A DNA stretch of 64,000 nucleotides. Source: Bacteroidales bacterium. GTDB lineage: Bacteria; Bacteroidota; Bacteroidia; Bacteroidales; JAGOPY01. Numbering within the stretch: position 1 is the first letter of the stretch; the number at the start of each line of letters is the position of its first letter. Shown here piece by piece: positions 18,941 through 27,450 of the stretch. Both the position numbers and the translations under genes were made by a program. The notes below the pieces were generated by a model, which made no database searches, was not told the origin of the DNA, and saw only the letters and a program-made list of their open reading frames with translations. The DNA lies in contig JAGOPY010000001.1 in the NCBI GenBank assembly GCA_017991835.1, positions 147,892-211,891 of the forward strand. The letters run 5' to 3'.

Positions 18941-21346
18941 ATGAAAAGATTTATATCTCTATTTATATTTACTCTGGCATGCATATCTCTTCATGCACAA
19001 ATAATTACCATAAAAGACAAAGAGAATTACCAACCGCTGGACCTGGTCACCCTGTCCAGCCAGGAACCGGCAGCATCGGCCATCACCAATATTAAAGGAC
19101 AGGCTGATATTTCCGCATTCACGGGATCATCCCTGATCGAGATCCGGTTGCTGGGATACGAACCGGTGAAAATAAGCTGGGCCGACCTTGCAAGAGCAGG
19201 CTTTCACCTCAACCTCAGCCAGTCTGCCATATCCCTCGACCAGGTGATCATCTCGGCTACGCGCTGGAGCCAGATGACCCGCGAGGTGCCCTCAAAGATC
19301 ACGTTGATTTCGGCCAAGGAAGTTGCCCTGCAGAATCCCCAAACGGCCGCCGACCTGCTGGGCGCCTCCGGTGAAATTTTCATCCAGAAAAGCCAGCTCG
19401 GAGGGGGCAGCCCGATGATCCGCGGTTTTGCCACCAACCGCGTTCTGCTGGTCGTCGATGGAATCCGCATGAATACGGCGATTTTCCGCAGCGGGAACCT
19501 GCAGAACGTCATCGCTCTCGATCCGTTCGCCGTGGAAAAGACCGAGATCTTCTTCGGCCCCGGTTCGGTGATCTATGGCAGCGATGCCATCGGCGGGGTC
19601 ATGAACTTCCAGACCCTCACTCCCCGTCTCTCCGTGAACGGTGAGCCTTATATATCTGGCAATGCCGTAACTCGCTTCTCATCCGCCAATAAAGAAATGA
19701 CAGGTCATTTAGATGTCAACGTGGGATGGAAAAAGTGGGCCATGGTCACAAGCTTTTCTCAATTTCATTTCTCTGATCTCAGGATGGGATCGAATGGCCC
19801 CGACGATTATCTCAGGCCGAATTACGTCATCCGCCAGGACAGCGCTGATGTGGTTATCACCAATCCCGATCCGCTGGTGCAGACCCCTACCGGATACGAC
19901 CAGACCAGCCTGATGCAGAAGGTCAGGTTTTCGCCGAATGCCAACTGGGATCTGACATACGGGATTCATTATTCGACAACCACCAACGTGTCGCGTTACG
20001 ACCGTTTGCTCAGGACCAAAAACGGCCTTCCCCGGAGCGCCGAATGGTACTACGGCCCGCAGACCTGGATGATGAACACGCTGAACATCGAGAACAAGGC
20101 TACCGGTGGAATTTACGACCGGATGAATATCCGCCTGGCGCACCAGTTGTTCGAGGAGAGCCGTCATGACCGCGACCGGAACAAAGCTACAAGATTCAAT
20201 CGCTTTGAAAAGGTGAATGCTTATTCCGTCAATATCGACTTTACGAAGATAATACGGGAAAAACACCGGCTTTTCTACGGCCTGGAATACATTTCCAACA
20301 AAGTTGAATCGACCGGGACCGACGAGGATATCACAACCGGTGAATCAATCCCGGGCCCGGCCCGTTACCCGCAGTCGACCTGGGCTTCGTACGCTGCTTA
20401 CCTGACGTACCATTACAAAATCAACGAAAAGTTTAATCTGCAGGCCGGGGCACGGTACAATCACTACACGCTGGATGCGGAATTTGATACGACCTTTTAC
20501 CCCTTCCCGTTTACGGCTGCAAATCTGAGCGACGGGGCCATTACCGGAAGCGTGGGCCTGGTGTACAACCCGGCCGAGAAATGGTCGTTCGGGGCCGACA
20601 TTTCCACAGGGTTCCGTTCGCCCAATGTGGACGACATCGGAAAAGTATTTGACTCAGAACCGGGGGCGGTGATGGTGCCCAATCCCGATCTGAGCGCCGA
20701 GTATGTGTACAATGCAGAGATTGATATTGCCCGGGTGTTCGGTAATTTCATGAAGATCGACCTGGTGGCCTACTACACCTATCTCGACCATGCCCTTGTC
20801 AGGCGGGATTTTACGCTGAACGGGCAGGACAGCATCTTTTATGACGGCGAGATGAGCCGGGTGCAGGCGATGCAGAATGCGGCTTTTGCCACCGTATATG
20901 GAGTCCAGGCTGAGGTGGAGGTGAAACTCCCGTCGGGGTTCGGATTTTCGACACAGTTCAACTACCAGAAAGGGGAAGAGGAGCTTGACGACGGCACGAA
21001 GAGCCCGCTGCGTCATGCAGCCCCCTGGTTTGGCAAATCGGGGCTGACATTTTCGGCCGACAAGCTGAAGATAGACCTGTATGCGGCATACAGCGGCGAA
21101 GTCAGTTATGAGAGCCTGCCGCCGGAGGAGCAGGGCAAAGACTACATGTATGCGAAAGACGAAGATGGCAATCCCTACTCGCCATCATGGTACACCTTGA
21201 ATTTCAAGGCCATGTACCAGATCAGCGACATTTTATCGGTCAGCGGCGGAGTGGAGAACATCACGGATGTCAGGTACAGGCCATACAGCAGCGGGATCAC
21301 GGCGCCGGGGCGGAACCTGGTGTTGTCGCTCCGGGCGAGTTTCTGA
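18941..21346 (+). CDS. TonB-dependent receptor (heme/hemoglobin-type boxes)
   Basis: Signal peptide, CarboxypepD_reg-like N-domain, plug domain (GGSPMIRGF...VVDGIRMN) and a terminal F. FRSPN and NPDL boxes resemble the FRAP/NPNL boxes of heme receptors. Confidence 0.85.
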   Translation: MKRFISLFIFTLACISLHAQIITIKDKENYQPLDLVTLSSQEPAASAITNIKGQADISAFTGSSLIEIRLLGYEPVKISWADLARAGFHLNLSQSAISLDQVIISATRWSQMTREVPSKITLISAKEVALQNPQTAADLLGASGEIFIQKSQLGGGSPMIRGFATNRVLLVVDGIRMNTAIFRSGNLQNVIALDPFAVEKTEIFFGPGSVIYGSDAIGGVMNFQTLTPRLSVNGEPYISGNAVTRFSSANKEMTGHLDVNVGWKKWAMVTSFSQFHFSDLRMGSNGPDDYLRPNYVIRQDSADVVITNPDPLVQTPTGYDQTSLMQKVRFSPNANWDLTYGIHYSTTTNVSRYDRLLRTKNGLPRSAEWYYGPQTWMMNTLNIENKATGGIYDRMNIRLAHQLFEESRHDRDRNKATRFNRFEKVNAYSVNIDFTKIIREKHRLFYGLEYISNKVESTGTDEDITTGESIPGPARYPQSTWASYAAYLTYHYKINEKFNLQAGARYNHYTLDAEFDTTFYPFPFTAANLSDGAITGSVGLVYNPAEKWSFGADISTGFRSPNVDDIGKVFDSEPGAVMVPNPDLSAEYVYNAEIDIARVFGNFMKIDLVAYYTYLDHALVRRDFTLNGQDSIFYDGEMSRVQAMQNAAFATVYGVQAEVEVKLPSGFGFSTQFNYQKGEEELDDGTKSPLRHAAPWFGKSGLTFSADKLKIDLYAAYSGEVSYESLPPEEQGKDYMYAKDEDGNPYSPSWYTLNFKAMYQISDILSVSGGVENITDVRYRPYSSGITAPGRNLVLSLRASF

Positions 21347-21357
21347 TGGAATAAAAT

Positions 21358-21412
21358 GAGACTCCATCTCGAATCGGTGAGACTCCATCTCGAATCGGTG
21401 AGATGGAGTCTC
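21358..21412. repeat. GAGACTCCATCTC composite element (2 direct units + 1 inverted unit)
   Basis: Units at 21358, 21379 (direct, 21-bp spacing, linker GAATCGGT) and 21400 (inverted, GAGATGGAGTCTC). It starts 12 nt after the TonB-dependent receptor stop. Confidence 0.85.
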
Positions 21413-21496
21413 ATTAAAAAAATATTTAACTCCATTCGATCTATCATGTAATTTTCATAATTTTAAGGCATTAGAAATTTGCCTATCGGTGAAATT

Positions 21497-23641
21497 ATGA
21501 GACTCCATCTGGTTTATTTCTGTTTTCTATGGATCAATGTACTACTCTGCCAACCAACAACAGCCCAATGGACCTGGCAAAACCCGCTACCGACGGGCAA
21601 TACGTATCGTGGCAGCAACTTCATCGATACCCAGACTGGTTGGGTCGTCGGCGGCTATGGCTGTATCCTGAAAACTTCCGATGGCGGGACCACCTGGGTG
21701 CTGCAGAACAGCGGCGTGACTACCGATCTGTATGGCGTATATTTCCTGGATGAAAACTATGGCTGGGCAGTCGGAAACGGCGCCACGATCCTGCATACCA
21801 AGAATGGCGGAAACGATTGGATGATCCAGCACGGCGGTTCCGGCTCCGGTTCTTATATCAATTCGGTCTATTTTTCTGACTCATTACACGGATGGACTGA
21901 TGGAACCAACGGTGGAGGCCAGTATTTTGAAACAACCGATGGGGGTAATACCTGGCTGTGGAGAAGCATTCCGGGCGTTTCGTATTCCTGGGAACTTTCG
22001 TCCATGTTTTTTACCGATTCCCTTTTCTTCTGGGCCCTCACGGGAGTCGACCAGATTTCGCACACGGAAGACGGCGGAAATACCTGGATAACGGGGCCAT
22101 CGCCAACCGGCTGGGGAGAGATGTTTTTCTTAAATCATGATACTGGATGGATGACCGACAGTCACCGGATTTACCGCACCACCGACAGAGCCCTGACCTG
22201 GGAAGAACAGTTGCCGATGCAGGGGCCGGCTATTTACGATCTCTTTTTTACAGACGCCCTGCATGGATGGGCAGGTGGTGAGGGCTTATTGCTAAAAACA
22301 GCGGATGGCGGAGAATCCTGGGAGAGTTACGAAACAGATGTGCTCTTCCTGGCTATTGAGTTTTCAGATATGCTGAACGGATGGGCCGTAGGAGGTTGGG
22401 CAGGAGAATTATATCATACACTTGACGGAGGAAATACGTGGGAAGATAAGCGTGCAGGCAGTGATGGGTATATCACTGCCATCAGTTTCGGTAGTCCCGA
22501 ATTTGGCATAGCAGGCTATTTTGAAGATGATTACCACTCCCTGTTGATGACAACAGACGGTGGGGCCGCATGGGACCGCCTGACGATTTTGGAAGATTCC
22601 ATACGTTGGAATGCTCTTTGGGTGGAGGATAATATCAATGCCTGGGTTTGCGGAGATGACGGAACGATAGTTCATTCGGGCGACGGCGGGCAATCCTGGC
22701 AAGTCCAGCGTGAAAATTCACCCGGAGCCTGGTTTTCTGAACTGCAGTTCCTGGATCCCCTTACCGGATTTTCTGTAGGGATTGATGCCGGATACACCAA
22801 TATCCTTCTTGCCAGGACTTACGACGGAGGGCAGAACTGGTCTACTCTGCCGTTCCATTATTCGGCTTCGCCACAGGGTATGTGGTTTACCGATCCGTTA
22901 AATGGATTTCTTGTAGCCACCGACATGAACACAGACGCACAGGTTCTCCTGACAACCTATTCCGGTGGCGAAAGCTGGATCATCACCGACCTGCCGCTCG
23001 ATGATGATGAGGATGCTTCGTCGGTTTGCTTTACCACTTCATTAAAAGGCTTTATCGGAGCCGACAATTGCATTCTGCGAACCCACGACGGAGGCCAGAA
23101 CTGGGAGAGATACAATATCAATGGAGGCCAGATATTTTCCCTTTCCTTTCCCGATTCCCTGAACGGCTGGTGTATTGGCAAAATTTATTCTGATAGAGCA
23201 GTATTGCGCACAAACAATGGCGGTGAAAGCTGGGCTGAGGTCCCTGTGATTTCCGACAATACCTTGACCGACTTAGCTTTCACAGCGCCTGACAACGGAT
23301 GGATCTGCGGATACGGCGGCCTGATCCTGAAATGGGGCGAAAACAACCCGGTCTCTATCAGGGATGATGATACGCCTGTTAATGTTTCCGTTCCGCTAAT
23401 TTTCCCGAATCCGGCAAGCCATTGGCTGAACATTGACCTTACCGTTTTCCCGGAAAACCAGAAAATATCATATAGAATCTTTGATATTCAGGGTGAGGAA
23501 ATCGGGACGGGATCATATCAAAATAAGGGAAGCTTTGACCGGTTAACGATTGATCTGGGAGATATTCAACCGGGTTTGTACATAATTGATATGGTTTCTG
23601 GAGGAGTAAAACAAGGCGGGAGGTTCGTTGTTGTTCAATGA
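21497..23641 (+). CDS. BNR/Ycf48-like beta-propeller repeat protein, T9SS cargo
   Basis: Many DGG.TW repeats. C-terminal T9SS sorting domain (FPNPASHWLNIDL...GLYIIDMV...). Start moved to ATG 21497 (MRLHLVYFCFLWINVLLCQ signal peptide). Confidence 0.75.
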   Translation: MRLHLVYFCFLWINVLLCQPTTAQWTWQNPLPTGNTYRGSNFIDTQTGWVVGGYGCILKTSDGGTTWVLQNSGVTTDLYGVYFLDENYGWAVGNGATILHTKNGGNDWMIQHGGSGSGSYINSVYFSDSLHGWTDGTNGGGQYFETTDGGNTWLWRSIPGVSYSWELSSMFFTDSLFFWALTGVDQISHTEDGGNTWITGPSPTGWGEMFFLNHDTGWMTDSHRIYRTTDRALTWEEQLPMQGPAIYDLFFTDALHGWAGGEGLLLKTADGGESWESYETDVLFLAIEFSDMLNGWAVGGWAGELYHTLDGGNTWEDKRAGSDGYITAISFGSPEFGIAGYFEDDYHSLLMTTDGGAAWDRLTILEDSIRWNALWVEDNINAWVCGDDGTIVHSGDGGQSWQVQRENSPGAWFSELQFLDPLTGFSVGIDAGYTNILLARTYDGGQNWSTLPFHYSASPQGMWFTDPLNGFLVATDMNTDAQVLLTTYSGGESWIITDLPLDDDEDASSVCFTTSLKGFIGADNCILRTHDGGQNWERYNINGGQIFSLSFPDSLNGWCIGKIYSDRAVLRTNNGGESWAEVPVISDNTLTDLAFTAPDNGWICGYGGLILKWGENNPVSIRDDDTPVNVSVPLIFPNPASHWLNIDLTVFPENQKISYRIFDIQGEEIGTGSYQNKGSFDRLTIDLGDIQPGLYIIDMVSGGVKQGGRFVVVQ

Positions 23642-23716
23642 GACTCCATCTCGAACCGGTGAGATGCCATCTGCTTTCACTCGAGACTCCATCTCGAAAA
23701 ATTGAGATGGAGTCTC
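23640..23716. repeat. GAGAYNCCATCTS composite element (3 direct + 1 inverted)
   Basis: Units at 23640, 23661, 23683 and inverted at 23704. The first unit overlaps the TGA stop at 23639-23641. The terminal hairpin is GAGACTCCATCTC-gaaaaatt-GAGATGGAGTCTC. Confidence 0.85.
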
Positions 23717-23775
23717 ACAGTGCACGGATATGCCAGGCGGAACAAATGATTGATATATAGCTTTATAAGTAGATT

Positions 23776-24441
23776 ATGAAAAAGACCGTATTCACACTAC
23801 TGTTGCTGGGAATAGTTCCATTTACCTTACAATCTCAATTCTTAAAAGGGACAATCCTTAAAACAAAACCCTTTCAGGATTTCGTCGCTTATAATCCGAC
23901 CTTTGGAATGGAAAAAACGGTTGGTAAGTTATTCAGCGCAGAGCTTGAATTTATGTACCGTAACAGGAGCTGGAATGTATCCGGTGGAGAATGGGATCTT
24001 GGCCGCTTTTACGATGCCGGCGGATTCAAAATTGTGATCGGATCAAGGATCTATTTTGGAAAAACAAACAGGAACCTGGATCAAGAAACTCAAAAAGCTC
24101 CGTTTGCCTGGTATGGAGCCATCCAGTTGGGCTATAACCTCAGCACTACGTATAATGTCGACCGGAAAGCTACAGTTTCAGGCATTTATATGTATACGGC
24201 TGACATAGATAAAAACTGGCTGGAGCTGAATATCGGTATCGGACGGCAATTTTACTTATTCAAAACAATAACCCTGGATCTTAACCTGGGGCCCTCCATT
24301 TATTTTCCACACCAGGAAAAAACAACCATTACAAAAAGTGAAGATTTGAGCGAAATCGGGACGACGAAAACCGAGGATTTCAATTTTGGACGAATTATCA
24401 GGCCAAATCTAATCCTATCATTAGGATATTATTTTAAATAA
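23776..24441 (+). CDS. hypothetical outer-membrane beta-barrel-like protein
   Basis: Signal peptide, alternating aromatic/hydrophilic strands, and a C-terminal LSLGYYFK. No specific family recognised. Confidence 0.5.
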   Translation: MKKTVFTLLLLGIVPFTLQSQFLKGTILKTKPFQDFVAYNPTFGMEKTVGKLFSAELEFMYRNRSWNVSGGEWDLGRFYDAGGFKIVIGSRIYFGKTNRNLDQETQKAPFAWYGAIQLGYNLSTTYNVDRKATVSGIYMYTADIDKNWLELNIGIGRQFYLFKTITLDLNLGPSIYFPHQEKTTITKSEDLSEIGTTKTEDFNFGRIIRPNLILSLGYYFK

Positions 24442-24477
24442 TAACAGCGGCCAATCCCGCATCAAAACAAAATAGCC

Positions 24478-25932
24478 ATGAAAAAGTTTTATCTATTATG
24501 CCTGCTTCTCATACTGTTCATGATTACCCGGGCACAATCGTATATCCCTTTACCGGATACCAATGCTTATTGGAATGAGATAAAATTCTACCAGGGCCAG
24601 TGCGACCCGCCGGATTTTTGCAGGTACACCTGCTATTTCCAGGGGGATACAGTTCTCAATTCTTTATCTTATCATAAAGTTTATAAAAATGACAGTTATG
24701 AAATTTCCTATTCCGGAGGATTAAGGCAGGATGGTGAAAAAGTCTATTACTGGGATCGGGACTGCGATTCGCCGGTACTTCTGTACGATTTCGGGCTGAC
24801 CGTCGGGGATTCCATAGCCCTGGCCTGCATGCTATGCGATGAAGAGCCGCTGTACGCCCAGGTAGTCTCCGTCGACTCGGTGATGATCGGGGATATGAGC
24901 TACCGGAAAAGGATCAATTTCACCTATGGTTATTCCTATTCGTGGATCGAAGGGATCGGAAGCGTGTACGGCTTGCTGTATCCGTATTATTCCTGCATTT
25001 TATGTGTCTGTTACCAGAAACTGGTCTGCTTCGAGCAGGATGGCCAGGTCCTTTACCTGAATGAATCGGATGTTCCCTGTTTCAATTTCGTCAATCCACC
25101 GGGAGACATCGATCCGGCCTCCGAATGGCGCGTGGATTCGTGGACGGCCGAACCGGATTATTCGACGAATTCATACTACCGGGATTTTATAGATGGGGAT
25201 ACCATCATCAATACAATAAGATATCATAAGGTTTACCAATCAGGATATACCTATTATCTGAATTATCCTCCGGGATATTATTATTATTATGAAGATGTAT
25301 TTCATGGGCTGTTGAGGGAAGAAGATAACCGCTGGTATACAATTAATTACAATGGCCAGGATGAGTTGCTGTACGATTTTACCCTGGATGTAGGCGATAC
25401 TGTTTACTCGGCGTTTACTTTTATTTTTGAAGATCCGATCATCGTAACGGGCGTCGATTCGGTCCTGGTTGGCGGAGATTACAAAAGGCGCCTGGAATTG
25501 AATTCTGAAGAAGGCGGCGGAGCGGAATACATTATAGAGGATATTGGGGCCACTTCCGGCCTGTTCGAAAACATGTTCTTCTTCGAATGGGGATCGGAAC
25601 TGGTTTGCTTTGCTAAGAACGGCGTTTCTCTGTGGGGAGCCTCAACGGAAGAGTGCGACCTGGCCGTGGCTATCGGGGAAGCAGAAACCCATCCGAACGC
25701 GTGCTTTATTTCACCCAACCCGGCAACTGGCCATTTGATCCTGACATTATACGGAAGCACCGGAGAAGCATCTTTCACCCTGATCAATCTTTTGGGAAAT
25801 GTGGTCATGGAGGGCTCATTTACTTCTCCATCCATTAATAAAATTGATTTAAATACTTATTCTCCGGGTATCTACTTAGCGGTTATCATAACAGCAGATA
25901 CAAGGGAAACCATCAAGGTGGTTAAAAGATAG
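24478..25932 (+). CDS. hypothetical T9SS cargo protein
   Basis: Signal peptide. C-terminal sorting domain CFISPNPATGHLILTL...SPGIYLAVI...IKVVKR. Confidence 0.7.
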   Translation: MKKFYLLCLLLILFMITRAQSYIPLPDTNAYWNEIKFYQGQCDPPDFCRYTCYFQGDTVLNSLSYHKVYKNDSYEISYSGGLRQDGEKVYYWDRDCDSPVLLYDFGLTVGDSIALACMLCDEEPLYAQVVSVDSVMIGDMSYRKRINFTYGYSYSWIEGIGSVYGLLYPYYSCILCVCYQKLVCFEQDGQVLYLNESDVPCFNFVNPPGDIDPASEWRVDSWTAEPDYSTNSYYRDFIDGDTIINTIRYHKVYQSGYTYYLNYPPGYYYYYEDVFHGLLREEDNRWYTINYNGQDELLYDFTLDVGDTVYSAFTFIFEDPIIVTGVDSVLVGGDYKRRLELNSEEGGGAEYIIEDIGATSGLFENMFFFEWGSELVCFAKNGVSLWGASTEECDLAVAIGEAETHPNACFISPNPATGHLILTLYGSTGEASFTLINLLGNVVMEGSFTSPSINKIDLNTYSPGIYLAVIITADTRETIKVVKR

Positions 25933-25974
25933 TTGCCTCTTTTATGCTTCGAGCAAGATGGATTGTAGGTGATC

Positions 25975-26050
25975 GAGACGCCATCTCAAATCGGTGAGAC
26001 TCCATCTCCTTTCATCGAGACTCCATCTCGAAAAATTGAGATGGAGTCTC
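25975..26050. repeat. GAGAYNCCATCTS composite element (3 direct + 1 inverted), near-copy of 23640-23716
   Basis: Units at 25975, 25996, 26017 and inverted at 26038. It has the same linkers (aaatcggt, ctttcatc, gaaaaatt) as the 23640 element. Confidence 0.85.
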
Positions 26051-26173
26051 ATTAATTAAAAAAATCTACATAAATATCTAGACTTTTCCTATATTTTTGC
26101 TTATATTTGACCCTCAATCCTTTACTAAAGGATAATTCAACCTTATTATCAATTAATCCAAAAAATCTTACGT

Positions 26174-27274
26174 ATGACACAGATTAAAATTGCTTCATTC
26201 AACCTGGAAAATCTTTTCACCCGGCCGGTTGCGATGAACCAGGACACCGATGCCGCCGGAGCCGCCGCTATCGAAGATCATGCGCTGGCCAACACCATCA
26301 TCAATAAAGAGGTTTACACTGACAGCGACAAACAAACACTCATTGAATTGTCGGGTAAATACAAATGGCACACGCTCAACCCTCCGAAGAATGCGCTGGT
26401 TCAGTTGCAGAAGATCAGAGGATCGCTGTTCCGGAAACCCAAAAACGGCCCCCTGGAAGTGGTTGCCAAAGGCCGCGACAGCTGGGTGGGATGGTTTGAG
26501 CTCCTTACCGAAGACGTTAGCTGGAAAGCCACCTATAACACCGGCAGGGTTATCGATGCCGTCAGGCCCGATATTTTGATCACGGTTGAGGTTGAAAACA
26601 GGCCGACCCTGGGCCGTTTCAACGAACAGATCCTCAAAGCCCATTTCGGTTTCTCCTATAAGCATTTTATGGTCATCGACGGCAATGATATGCGGGGAAT
26701 TGACCTGGGGATCATGAGCCAATACCCGATCGTGGAGATTCGTAGCCATGTGGATCTGCCGACGAACGGCGGGCATGTTTTTTCCCGTGACTGCCCGGAA
26801 TACGACATCATCCTGCCGGAAAATAAAAGGATCGTCATCATCCCGAATCACCTGAAATCCAAAAGAAACGGCGATGACACAGAATCCAGGGAGAGAAGGA
26901 AACTCCAGGCGGATTCAGCCCATGCTATCGCTTTATCGGCATTGAACAGGTCGGATCTGGTGCTGATCGGTGGCGATCTGAATGACACACCCGGCAGCGA
27001 ACCGCTGCAAGGTTTATTCAACGACGGATTCACCGACGTGAGCTCTCATCCCGACTACCCGGCCGACCGGCCAGGGACATACAACACCGGCCTCGCCGGT
27101 AATAAGATCGATTACCTGATCATGTCGCCTGCGCTGGCAGGCAAATTGCAAACCACCGGGATCGAGCGTAGGGGATCCTACCACCCTAACACGTGGGAAC
27201 CTTTCGACACGGTGACGAAAAAATCGGAAGAAGCCTCCGATCATCATTTGATCTGGGGGACATTTGAGGTTTGA
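26174..27274 (+). CDS. endonuclease/exonuclease/phosphatase (EEP) family protein
   Basis: IASFNLENLF at the N-terminus, GGDLNDTP, SDHHLIW at the C-terminus. No signal peptide. Confidence 0.75.
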   Translation: MTQIKIASFNLENLFTRPVAMNQDTDAAGAAAIEDHALANTIINKEVYTDSDKQTLIELSGKYKWHTLNPPKNALVQLQKIRGSLFRKPKNGPLEVVAKGRDSWVGWFELLTEDVSWKATYNTGRVIDAVRPDILITVEVENRPTLGRFNEQILKAHFGFSYKHFMVIDGNDMRGIDLGIMSQYPIVEIRSHVDLPTNGGHVFSRDCPEYDIILPENKRIVIIPNHLKSKRNGDDTESRERRKLQADSAHAIALSALNRSDLVLIGGDLNDTPGSEPLQGLFNDGFTDVSSHPDYPADRPGTYNTGLAGNKIDYLIMSPALAGKLQTTGIERRGSYHPNTWEPFDTVTKKSEEASDHHLIWGTFEV

Positions 27275-27280
27275 TGGGTT

Positions 27281-27408
27281 GAGATGCCATCTGGTTGCAT
27301 TGAGATGCCATCTCAATATCGTGAGACTCCATCTGGTTGCCACGAGACTCCATCTCGAAGAAAAATTTCACTTTAAGATGGAGTCTCACTTAACTGAGAT
27401 GGAGTCTC
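27281..27408. repeat. GAGAYNCCATCTS composite element (4 direct + 2 inverted, nested hairpin)
   Basis: Direct units at 27281, 27302, 27323 and 27344 (exact 21-bp period). Inverted units at 27375 and 27396 (also 21 bp apart). Inner and outer arms can pair as a long interrupted hairpin. Confidence 0.85.
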
Positions 27409-27450
27409 CTTAATAAATAGTAATTTTACCTTCCTATATCAACCGTACCC

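Noticed and set aside
21358-27408. The 21-nt periodic GAGACTCCATCTC arrays looked superficially like a CRISPR array.
   Set aside because: The repeat unit is only 13 nt, with 8-9-nt linkers that are themselves conserved between loci. There are at most 4 direct units, inverted copies are present, and no cas genes occur in the window.
21358-27408. An integron-like cassette array, with same-strand ORFs each followed by an imperfect palindromic element (attC-like).
   Set aside because: I could not find the R''/R' core sites (RYYYAAC / GTTRRRY). No intI is in the window. At least one unit contains two genes, and the cargo genes have their own plausible upstream regions. It stays only a remote analogy.
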